64,000 nucleotides of DNA from Girardia tigrina. Lineage: Eukaryota. Position numbers and translations under genes: made by a program. The notes under the pieces are model-generated. The model was given only the letters and a program-made list of their open reading frames with translations. It searched no databases and had not been told where the DNA came from. Positions 1 through 10,736 of this stretch are shown here, piece by piece (position 1 is the first letter of the stretch; each line of letters begins with the position of its first letter). Where the stretch lies: the NCBI GenBank assembly GCA_001938485.1, contig MQRK01167228.1, positions 1-64,000 on the forward strand, read 5' to 3'.

Positions 1-844
1 GGGACCGAATGCCCATTTTCCCCCTACTCATAGCTCTTAACTGAAGTCCTTTTGAAGTACCGTGTATAACATATATATAAAATGTATAAAACATATATTA
101 AGTAATAATTGAAGTATTTATTTGTTATTATATCTATTTCAGTGATCGTGTCTTTGAAAAAATTTTAAGGTGTCCATTACATCAAAAAGATAAAGAACCA
201 CAGCTCGAAACCCTTAAGAATATGGTATTTTAATGATTTGTTTGAGTTATTCAATATGTTTTTCCTTTAATCCTTTCTTAACCTGTGTTTATGCACATAA
301 TTTGTACAATATGACATTCATTTATACTCCATTTGTTTTTGAGTACACCTTTGATACTTTGATTATCGATCGAGAGAAGAAAACAATTGAAAAACTTAAT
401 AATAGATCAATATTAAAAAATGTTGTGGTGCTTGTGTAAAAAAGAAAAAATTGAATAAAAAAATTAACAATAAAAACAATTAACATTTGCTTTAAAAAAC
501 TGTTGGTAACAATATTGTTAAGAGAACTCACATTTGAAACTACATTTATTGCAATCACAATTTGGATCATTTTTTATGACTATTCGTAATAACTCCTCTC
601 AAATTTATATATCAATGTTTAATACTTCTCATCCAAAATCTGAACTAACTTAAAGAGAATTATTTTATTTAAAATATTTACTTTAAATTTTATTGGTTAA
701 AATAAAATTACTTTTTATAATTTTATAAAAACATTAATTTGATTTAATTATTAAAAAAAATTACAATAAAAATAAATTAAAGATTTGAATATTAAATCTA
801 AATTTGAATAAATTAGTTTCAGATTATAAGAATTAAAATATTAT

Positions 845-960
845 TCATCCATCTGATTAGGAGAGACACAAACCCAAATTAACACAAAACATTGAAACAT
901 GCAAACAATACACAAAACATCAACATTCCAAATTTTCTTCACAAACACAAATTCGAATTT
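845..960 (-). other. Conserved GU-rich hairpin motif, copy A (others at ~29690-29780, 50742-50830, 62710-62812)
   Basis: Minus-strand consensus TGTGA[AG]GA...T[GT]GAAT - TG-rich 45-65 nt - TCTCC[TC]A..CAG..TGGA[TA]GA, seen in three dispersed copies plus one partial copy. Confidence 0.7.
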
Positions 961-1280
961 TGATGAAATTAAGAGTAAATATTACTCTTTATTTTTTTAT
1001 CTTTGTGCTTAAATTTTCCATGCGGCGCTTATCAATCCACGCCACTCCGCAATGTCGGATCTCAACCTGATAATTCAATCGAGCAGCCTATAATCCGAGA
1101 CGAAAGCCACTGCCGCACGTGTGGCGACCTGTCCGACTATAGATATCCGAGAACACGCCGATCGGTAACCACTGAGTCTAATCGGCTCACAAGGGAAATC
1201 AAATCACTGGAACAATTCCTTCGATCACCGAGCTCCAGCACAGTCAAGAGGTCCTGGTAGTTGTGACTTGCCCCAGCAAC

Positions 1281-1380
1281 CAGTACTTCAATAGTAAAAA
1301 ATTAATTGTTGTTTTAATAATATCGGACACTTTTTGTGAAAATTAAAAAATATGATTGTCAGATCGACTTTTCTTTACAT
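1281..1380. repeat. ~100-bp direct repeat, second copy at 2787-2889
   Basis: CAGTACTTCAATAGTAAAAAA...TCGGACACTTTTTGTGAAAATT...GTCAGATCGACTTTTCTTT is nearly identical at both sites. Confidence 0.9.
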
Positions 1381-3122
1381 TCACTACTACCGATTTAATA
1401 ATGTTCACTTCAAATGATTGTGTCGAAGCGCTGAAGCTTTTTCGATAGATCCCGAAAAGAAATCAGCTCACTGCAACCGACGGTCCGAGCTCGTGAAAAT
1501 GCGACTCTTGTAAAGGAAATCCACTTTGAACCGTGATCGAATCTGTCGAGAAAAAATAATAAGATTAATTTAACATTATATTCACTCATTAAAAATTACT
1601 ATTCAGAATAAAATGAACTTTGAAACAAAAGAAACAATTTACTCTAAAAACATTATTAATCAAACTTATTATTCATACTTTATTAAAAATGTTTTAGTTT
1701 TCAATGATAGTTGTAAACTTAATCTGCGTTTATTTAATAATTTTTAGATTACCTTAAAATCGTTTAAATATATAAAATAACTCGTGGAGAAACCCGTTGT
1801 GAATTTAGAAAGTCTAATCGAACGTATTAAATGTAACAGCAAATGATTTCATAATAAAACATTTTAAAATCGCAAACAGCTCTCACATTTTGTTTCTGTT
1901 CCATTTTGATTTTCATATTCAAAATAAATCGGACGTGTTAATAAGAACTAAATAAATAAGAACTCAAACACTCTTCGGCCACCTTCGCTCTCAACATACT
2001 TTTATACTTTGAAATATTGAAATCCCATTTGTTGTTTCTATAAGCTGCCTTTATCAAAGTCAAGGATGATTTTTTTGCAAAGTTGGCGTTGACCTTCAAT
2101 GATTATGCTTTTAAAAATTAACCACTTCATAATTGAATTTAGAAAAGAATTTCGAAAAAAATATAAATTCCTTCTTTTGAAGACTGCAATTTAAAACTTT
2201 TCCCCTAATAGACCCAGATAATTATCATTTTAACAAAAACATTTTCTATTAAAGCCTGAAATAATAAGAAACAAAAGTTTTAAATATCTAAGTGTCACTT
2301 GCAGAAGCATTCACTTTAAACTACGACTCAAAGTAAAATGAACTTTAAAAACAAAACAGAAATAATTTATTCTAATAAACCAATATTAATCGAACTGTTG
2401 TTTTATTTTCTTTTTCTCGAACTCAATCGTCCTAATAGTCGTATTTTGGTAATAATATTTATGCCAAACGACTCAACGATGTTTTCCTAATTAAATCTCT
2501 CTTCCCGGCCAAAGAAATTTTGGTTTGGCAAGTCACTTCTCGTCATATTAGAAATTAAATTCCCATCACCTAATTTTATATCCCAGAAATGTTTTCTTAT
2601 CTTACTGACATCAATTGTTCCGGAATTAAAGACCACTATGTCAAGATTATTCAGCAAATACCGATGTAAGACCTGTAGACCTGATGCTGAAAAAATATTT
2701 TTGACGATATTATTTTATTGATCGGTGATATTATTAAGGTCAACGCAAACATTTTTGAATTACATAAAATCGTGCATAATATTGTTCAGTACTTCAATAG
2801 TAAAAAAAAATGAATTGTTGTTTTAATAATGTCGGACACTTTTTGTGAAAATTAAAAATATGATTGTCAGATCGACTTTTCTTTGCATTAACAATAGATA
2901 CAATGACAAACTAATAAAAATAATTAAAATTTAAAAATAAATATTTAATGAAAATTGACTTATTTCAAAATTTAAGACCCTCGAAATAACTCATTTAACT
3001 AGTTTCCCAAATGAATTAATAATAACTGTCAATCAATATCAATTAAATTTCATTTTATTAAACGTTTTGAATAATGAAATTAGAATGTACCATCATCCTG
3101 GATACCACCAATATAATATATA

Positions 3123-4712
3123 CAGTAAACTCCAGATTATCCTGAATAATGGTGGGGAGAACCGGCATGTATAATCGAAAAACACGGATAATACATTTCA
3201 CTGTCTAATTCATCACTAATTCCCAATCGCAAATTTTGGCCCTAAACAGGGCCGTATGTCTTTCTCCTTCATGAGTCTCGGCGGTTGCAAGAACACTTTG
3301 CACGAGCAACAGATTCGCTATCGCGCGTGCTTTTTTGTTCCCAACATTAAGACAGCCGATAATTTCCACCACGAATCGATTGAGGAAGGAACTCGTTTCA
3401 GTTGCACCGACAATCAGTTTCATTGCGTTGTAAACACACTTCAGTCGGCATTTCGCGAGTCCGCAGAGACGGTCGCGCCGCTTGCCTGCAGTAGCCCCAG
3501 AAGGCGCTCGAGATACCTCTTACTGTAATTGAGACTCGCGTCCGTGTCCGCCGCTATAATCGCCTCTAGAAATCGATAGACACGTTTCTCCAGCTGATTG
3601 CTACTGCAACTCTCACCACCCCTCTCTTTCTTCATTTTCGATTCCTCATTGTCGACAATTTTGATTTTGCTTTTCTTAGAATTTCTTTCTTCTTTTGCGG
3701 ACATTTATATATATATATATNNNNNNNNNNNNNNNNNNNNNNNNNNNNNNNNNNNNNNNNNNNNNNNNNNNNNNNNNNNNNNNNNNNNNNNNNNNNNNNN
3801 NNNNNNNNNNNNNNNNNNNNNNNNNNNNNNNNNNNNNNNNNNNNNNNNNNNNNNNNNNNNNNNNNNNNNNNNNNNNNNNNNNNNNNNNNNNNNNNNNNNN
3901 NNNNNNTTTTATTAAAACATTTTTTTGACAAATCTAATTTTTTATTTTCCAATTTTAATAAAATTTTTAATTCATTCTGGAACAATCCGCAAAATAATAA
4001 TGCAATATACTAGTATAATACAAAAACGATGAAAATAAATTCAATGCTTTATTAAAAATTCGGTAATTTTGGTTTGTTTAAGTGAATTTCTCAATGACGT
4101 TTTAATATCCTCTCGAGCACCATTTATTGATGTTGAATGAATCTTAAAAGGATTTGGCTTTATGTGCAATTAAAGAGCATGTATAATAATTGGCATTCCG
4201 TCTCATCTTTTTTGATTAAACTATTTAAACATAGCTGTATTTAAATCTTCATATGATGACAATTTCTTACTTTACCGAGTTGAAGGCCCTACAATACTAT
4301 CCCAATCTCTTGTAAACTTCTCCAATCTTCTTTTTCGCTTAATTATATCGCGAACAGTTTGAGCACCAACTCCGTTTTCTTCCGAAAGTTTCGATGTGGA
4401 TTTACCCTTTTTCAATCAATTCAATTAACTGAAGTTTTGTTTCACAGTCAGTACGACTTGCGATTATTTGACATTGTGATAAGGTATTTTTCTAAAATAA
4501 TTTTAAATTAAAAAATTTTAATTTTTAATTGTAATTAAAATTTTAATTATCATAAGGTATTCAAAACCTAAAAAACCCTAAATCAATAGCAAATCGATAA
4601 AATTCAAATTGTACTTTTAAAATAAATAGATGCGTATTTAATTAAACAATTATGCATTTTCTAAATATTATCCATGGATATTCCGTAAACGTGGGATAAT
4701 CGGGAGTATATG
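3123..4712 (-). mobile_element. pogo/Tigger (Jerky-like) DNA transposon remnant enclosing the RRP12-like fragment and an N gap
   Basis: TA then CAGTAAACTCCAGATTATCC at 3123, with a degenerate inverted copy GGATAATCGGGAGTATATG at 4694-4712. Minus-strand HTH remnant (VLTV..KLQLIELI..GKSTSKLSEENGVGAQTVRDIIKRK, frameshifted) at about 4150-4470. Confidence 0.65.
3299..3600 (-). pseudogene. Frameshifted internal fragment resembling RRP12 (HEAT-repeat ribosome biogenesis factor)
   Basis: Two ORFs joined across a 1-nt frameshift near 3447 read QLEKRVYRFLEAII...YLERLLGLLQAS...SRNA(R)LKCVYNAMK...FVVEIIGCLNVGNKKARAIANLLLVQ. This resembles the RRP12 segment QKKAYRVLEE...RLKCL...EVILCTKEVSVGARKNAFALLV as recalled. 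No other RRP12 sequence nearby. Confidence 0.65.
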
Positions 4713-4723
4713 GATTAGGTATA

Positions 4724-5918
4724 CATAGTGCGCTCAATAAATACTGAGCCTAACATAAAAATAATATTCTGATTCCAATGATTTTTTTTCATAACAAGCA
4801 AGTTATTAAGGTAATATTTGTGATATTTGTTTTAACCTATTATTTGTGTTTAGGTTAGAGAACGCATAAGTTCGAAAATGTCATTGAAAAACATCCAATA
4901 TCGAAGCGTTATTCGTTTCTTGTTAATGAAATGGAAAAGCCGAGAAGAAATATTCGTAGAGCTTAGTTCTGTTTATGGTGAAGAGAATCCATCCATATCT
5001 ACTGTCAAACGATGATTCAACCATTTTCGAGATGGTCGAACGTCTGTTTTTGATGAAGAAAAGTCAGGTAGACCATGTGAAATTGGCAAAGAAATAGCTA
5101 AAAAAACTCAAGAAAATCGTGCAGTGTGAGCGACTGCGGAAACTGGAATTAGAAAATTGTGTTCACGCTTCGTGCAACGGTTTTTAACAGCAGACATGAA
5201 GGATCGGCGATTGATGTGCTGCCATGCAAACTTAAACCTCCTTGAACGTATTGGAGACCGCTTCTTACAGAATATTATGACAATGGATGAAACACCACTT
5301 GCCCTTTATGTTCCAGAATCAAGACGTGAGTCTCAAGAGTGGAAGCTGCCAGGGGAAGGGTGTTCGAAGAAGATGCGATCATCATCCTATCACAAAAAAG
5401 TTCTCATGCTCACCACTTTTTGGGATGCAAATGGAATGATCCTTGCTGATTTTGCGGAAGCAGGTGTTCGTATCAACAGTGAATACTACTCTCGGCTCGT
5501 GCTACAGGCCAGAAAGCTGAGAAGGAAGAGCAGAGTTTGTGAGTTATTATTTGCACGACAATGCAACCATCCACACAAGTGGGCTGTCAATGTCATCAAT
5601 TGAGGGTTGTGGCCTCACCCTGCTCTCACACCCTCCGGATCTGGCGCCATCCGATTATCATCTCTTCAACCACCTCAAGCGAACTCTCAGGGGTCAGCAT
5701 TTCGCTACGAAAGAAGACTTGAAGGATGCAGTCTCAAATTTCTTGACTCAACAGCCACCGAAATTCTTCGAAAAAGCCTTTCTGGACCTTGTTGTGCGCT
5801 GGAAAAATTGTTTTGGTGTGAATGGAGATTTCTTTGAGAAATGAAACCTTTATAACTTGCTAGTTATGAAAAATAAATTTCATTGGAATCGGATTATTAT
5901 TATATTGAGCGCACCACG
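4724..5918 (+). mobile_element. mariner (DD34D) element, full length but frameshifted
   Basis: TA-flanked terminal inverted repeats (TIRs) CATAGTGCGCTCAATA / TATTGAGCGCACCACG, with inverted similarity extending about 90 bp. Transposase motifs TMDET, LHDNA, PDLAPSDYHLF. Confidence 0.93.
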
Positions 5919-6748
5919 TAGACTACGTTAGGGTATCCATAAACCCAAATATTTATACACATTTCTGATTCTAAATTTATTTAGAATAGAAACTGAAAAA
6001 TTATTTTAATAACTAAAAAATAAAAACAAATATTTAGTGTAATTTAACTTATCCTAAAATTGGGGACCTGTTACTTTGGTAACCTGTGTTAAGCCAGTCG
6101 GACATACCTCGGCGTGGTGTCCCTGGGAAACTAGAGTTCGCTTTAGGCTGAAGTGTCCGAAGCTTGCCTTGTTGGGGTGCTGACCAACATAGTACTGCAA
6201 TCCACCTCTTTGAAAGGCAATGATATCTGAGCGGGATCGTGGAAGCATCTAAAGGCGGGGCACATGATCAGTTGAGGGGTGACACTCAATGATACAACCA
6301 ACTCAGCTCCTTATAGACTCTACGAGTCTATCACGGGTAAGAACAGCATGAATTCTATCCAGGTTGATGTGCTGCCACCGTGGGGAGGAGGCCTAACTTA
6401 AAATTAAAGACGCTAGAAATAAGAATTAATTTAACTCACTTCCTTATCGAATTGATAAAAATTAAACAATATAATAAATAATTAACACATTGTTGATTGG
6501 CAATTCTACACTGAATCTATCTCGTGGCACCGACTTATTTCTTAATTCAATGTGGAAGTCAAACAATATAAATAACCTTCATTAATCTTTTTTTATAATA
6601 ATAATGTGTGAATATCAATAAAATTATATTCTATTAAACATATTTTCGACTTATGAAAGACAACTTTAAAGTACTTTCAAACAAATTCACAACAATTCAA
6701 AAAAAAAGAAAAAATTTATTCTAATAAAAAGAACTATTCTTAATCACA

Positions 6749-7558
6749 CTACTCATTCTTCTTGTCTCCTTCAATCGATTCAGATCTCTTGACGACTCCC
6801 GAGTTCGTTTCCGTCAGTAACTCATTTAACTCGAACGACTGAACGATATTTTCCCAATTGAAAGTGTACTTCTGCACGACTTTGCCCGCCAAATTGATTC
6901 CCGGTCGTCGAGTCACTTCTCTGCCGTTGCGGAACAAAATAATCGTCGGTAAATTCGTCGACCAATTTGTCGTATCGATTCGATATTTCAACGCGGCCTC
7001 TGTGTTCTTACTCACATCGATTTTGCCGAATTTCAACAACTCATTCCCGTAATACTGGGACAACTCGGCGAAAATCGGTGCCAGATTGATGCAAGCCGGC
7101 GACCAAGCGTTGTAGAAAGCGACCAGCCAGATGACTCGAGTGTCTCGAATCAGCTCTTCTTTCAGGCTCACATCGTTGAAGTAAATGACGCGGTCCTCGC
7201 CCCGATAGACCGGGGGAGAGATCAGAGACACTTGGAGCACCCACAACAATCCGTAGGCGATCGCGTAGAGAATGTTTTGCTGAAAGAACATGAAGAGACT
7301 GGCCAATTTACCGAACATGCAAAAGTGAGACACGTAATTGACGATAGTCGAATATCGTTTGCTTCTCAACGTGACCATTGAGCAGAGAAAGATGAGAATT
7401 TGGTATTCGTTAAAATCGATATGGCAAGACGAGTACATGACGGAACAGACGGGTTCGATTGTTTTCGAGAGGAAATAGAGCGATATGAGAAAATAATTGG
7501 CGATGAAGAACGGGTGATAGAGTTTTTTTAGTTCTCGTTTGAAATGTGAACTCACCAT
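6749..7558 (-). CDS. TMX2: Thioredoxin-related transmembrane protein 2 (TMX2/TXNDC14), intronless, 269 aa
   Basis: Intact ORF with hydrophobic N-terminal segments, then a thioredoxin fold with the TMX2-type SxxC site (WSPAC), FAELS..Y, LKFGKIDV, LPTIILFRNGREVTRRP and a C-terminal di-lysine ER-retrieval-like end (DKKNE). Confidence 0.93.
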   Translation of the reverse strand: MVSSHFKRELKKLYHPFFIANYFLISLYFLSKTIEPVCSVMYSSCHIDFNEYQILIFLCSMVTLRSKRYSTIVNYVSHFCMFGKLASLFMFFQQNILYAIAYGLLWVLQVSLISPPVYRGEDRVIYFNDVSLKEELIRDTRVIWLVAFYNAWSPACINLAPIFAELSQYYGNELLKFGKIDVSKNTEAALKYRIDTTNWSTNLPTIILFRNGREVTRRPGINLAGKVVQKYTFNWENIVQSFELNELLTETNSGVVKRSESIEGDKKNE

Positions 7559-8478
7559 TTTTATTACTATTATTACTTTTACTGTTATTAAATATTGGCG
7601 TTACGATAAATTTTTTGTGATCACAAAAGACAAATTCGAATAATGAAAAAAAATATTTAAGACAAATTTGTTACTTTGAACTTTGATATTTAAAACAAAA
7701 TGATTTCATTAAATTTAATGAAATATTTTTCTATTGATTCATGAATTTGAATTTCGATAAATTGTATATTGAATTTGATTATTGTTTTTTTTCTTAATTG
7801 TAATGGAAATAATGTATTCAATTTTTTGTAGTTTTTTTTAAAATATTTAGTTTAATATTTTCGAAAACTTATTTATGAAAAAAATTTATTATTTGAAAAA
7901 GTTAATTTTGTATTTTTTCAATGTGAAGAAAATTTTTCTTAAATAATTCTTTTATTTGATTTAATATATGTTGTAAAGAACTCGTTTTTTCATTTTTTAA
8001 AATCTAACTGTAAGAAACTGGAATGTCTGAATTACGGTGATTGCATTAGTTAAATTCTCAAATTATTTTTTGGAAATTAAAATTTTCAAAATTAAATTTT
8101 ATGACACGACATAATTTCATTACAAGCGGTTCTTTTTAATTGGAAAATTAAATTATTTTTTAACAAAATACAGAGGCACATAGGAATACGGTATATTTCT
8201 TATAAAAGTAATTTCCAGGTTAAATATTTTTTTATGATTATACATCCGTTAATTGGGATTCTAAAATAAATTAAAAATTTGCTCTCTTTTTCACATTAAG
8301 TGTCAGATTAACTTTTTCAATGCATTATAGATGAAATTAAAGTAAATATATATTTTTTAAATAACATAGTGTAAAAATTAATTATGTAGACTCCTGAAGT
8401 TTGATATTTATTACAAATTTAATATAATAAGCAAGTAGAATTTCATGATTATTGTTTATTCGAATTTTTAACCGTTAA

Positions 8479-8709
8479 CCCTTTCTCTCGCAGTGTTTTT
8501 TACAACAACATTAAGTTTATTAGCTGAGAAATTTTAAGCAACAGAAATTCCGCTATTTATTTCAGTGTTGTGTTACAACAACATTGGGAATATTTATATT
8601 GATTTATGGAAACTTAAATGAATTAATTTTATGTTTTCACGCTTGAAGTGTAATTAAAAATAACATGTAAACTTAATGTTGTTGTAAAATAACACTGCGA
8701 GAGAAAGGG
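8479..8709. mobile_element. piggyBac-type MITE
   Basis: TTAA on both sides. About 40-bp TIRs CCCTTTCTCTCGCAGTGTT...ACAACAACATTAAGTTTA / TAAACTTAATGTTGTTGT...AACACTGCGAGAGAAAGGG. Confidence 0.88.
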
Positions 8710-9087
8710 TTAATAGTTATTTTAAGATTTTATTTTGTCGATATTGTAAAATGACTCGAAGTCACTAAAATTTCTCGTGTTAAAATCTGTATTCTGAACT
8801 GGACATATGTCAAGGTACCACGCTAAACGAAAAATAAGATTATTAGAATAAAAAAACTATTAATAAATGCATTTTACAATTAAATTCGAAACTGTAAAAA
8901 TTGTAAATTGTCTTCAGTCAAAGAAAATTGTTTATTTAATAATATTAAAATAAAAAAGAATAGTTTTTTGATGATCGCATGCTTCTTTTATATTTGTTCA
9001 AATGATGCAGAATAGTCAATTTATTTCATTGAAATTCGATTTAAAAGTCCTTAATTCCTTCTCCAAACCTTTATTCTTTTGTATAGA

Positions 9088-9334
9088 ATATTAAATATCG
9101 ATTTACAACCGATATAAAGTTGGTAGGCATCCCTTTACCATAATCTCGCGAATCATATATTAAAAGAAAAAATCTGTTTGATAACATTTATTTATCATTC
9201 TTCAATTACAAATATTAAATATCGGTTTACAACCGATATAAAGTTGGTAGGCATCCCTTTACCATAATCTCGCGAATCATATATTAAAAGAAAAAATCTG
9301 TTTGAGAACATTTATTTATCATTCTTCAATTACA
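9088..9334. repeat. Tandem duplication, 2 x ~123 bp
   Basis: AATATTAAATATCG...GTTGGTAGGCATCCC...TTCTTCAATTACAA occurs twice head-to-tail with about 2 differences. Confidence 0.9.
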
Positions 9335-10736
9335 AACCTTGTAATTGAAGAATTTTTACCATTGAAGAATTCATTATTCATGTCCAAGTCCATTTAAACA
9401 CTGATATCTTTGTTTTAAAATATTACCATTAAATGACATATATTTAATTTTCGATAATTTAATCTTTATCATGCAATCCCAAAAACATAAAACACAAAAA
9501 ATAACTTCCAATTTTTCTTAAGCATATTTTTGCAATTTAAACTTCATTTATTTGAAATATCTATGATAAAATTTGAATCACAACAAACGTTAATATAAAA
9601 ACAACCATATTTCATAGTGCCAAATATGTTGTACGTCACAACTCAGAGCTTAGACTACTTTCAGATTTTCAACTGTTTTGTTTCATGCAAAATTGTTTCT
9701 TCAGTCAATTACTTATACGATTTTTTTTACTGACAAAAACCTAAAGGAAAGACAATTATCATATGCATCAACCGATGAGTTTTGAAGCAAGTTTCGCAAG
9801 TAACCAAGTTCGTAAAAGTGAAAACGCTCACACTTTCTTAGCTAGTATTTGTCTATTTATGTAGAGAACAGGGGCAATTGAAATAAGAAAATTTGATTGA
9901 AGACATCTATGATTTTAATGATTCAGACAGCAACTCAGAAGTTCAATTTGGGAAGCAAGAAAACAATGGACCCCAACCCACGATAGCTATCTCGTCCGTC
10001 GGGTTGCATCAATAACGGAAATAAATTTCTGAGATAGAAAAAATACAGAGTAGAATAAGAAGATGTATCAGAAGAGAGATGGTAGATTATGGAGCAGGTT
10101 TGTATGCAATGGGACAGATTTCGAGAAGTTGTGGGATTCAGGAGCCTCCGTTTCAGTAATGAATGTATCATGTTGGAAGGAAATGGGTGGTCCACTGTTG
10201 AAGCCGTCAAGTGAGAAATTGATGGGTGCTTTTTCGTCGGGCAGTGGAGCAGTTGGAAGTCATTTTAAGAAACTTGGATTCGTCAGTAAACTCGATATGT
10301 GGTTACCACATGAACTGAAAGAAATTCTATACAAACAGAACACAATATAAGTATATGTTGTAAAGGGCTTATACCAGTCTTTATCTGGATGTAGACATCA
10401 TGAAGATGTTCGGAGTATATCTTAAAGAAGTGTTCGTGATGGAAACACAAGAAGCAGCTGTACAGATAAATACTCAGTTGAGAGTGGACAAAGCACTTAA
10501 TATTTTTGCTTCAAAGAATATCCATAACCTTATTCAACAATATGGAGATATATTCATGGCTTCTACTTTCGCTTTGGGATACACAACGGTTTTAAAACAT
10601 CACATTAAAACAACTGGTTCATCAGTGGTCATAAATCAGAGAATATTACCTCTACATTTGGAAACTGAAGTGAATATCTTGATAAAGCAGTTATTAGAAA
10701 ATCAAGTCGTAAAGCCGTGTTAAAGTCTATGGAACT

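Noticed and set aside
845-960. Box C/D snoRNA or SL RNA identity for the GU-rich motif
   Set aside because: No terminal CTGA D box on the folding strand, and no Sm site or splice donor conserved across copies.
3598-3985. ORFs spanning N runs (also 59721-60101)
   Set aside because: Artefacts of assembly gaps.
6050-6410. GC-rich island downstream of TMX2
   Set aside because: Probably a retroelement UTR fragment, but no diagnostic motif, TSD or RNA-gene signature was found.
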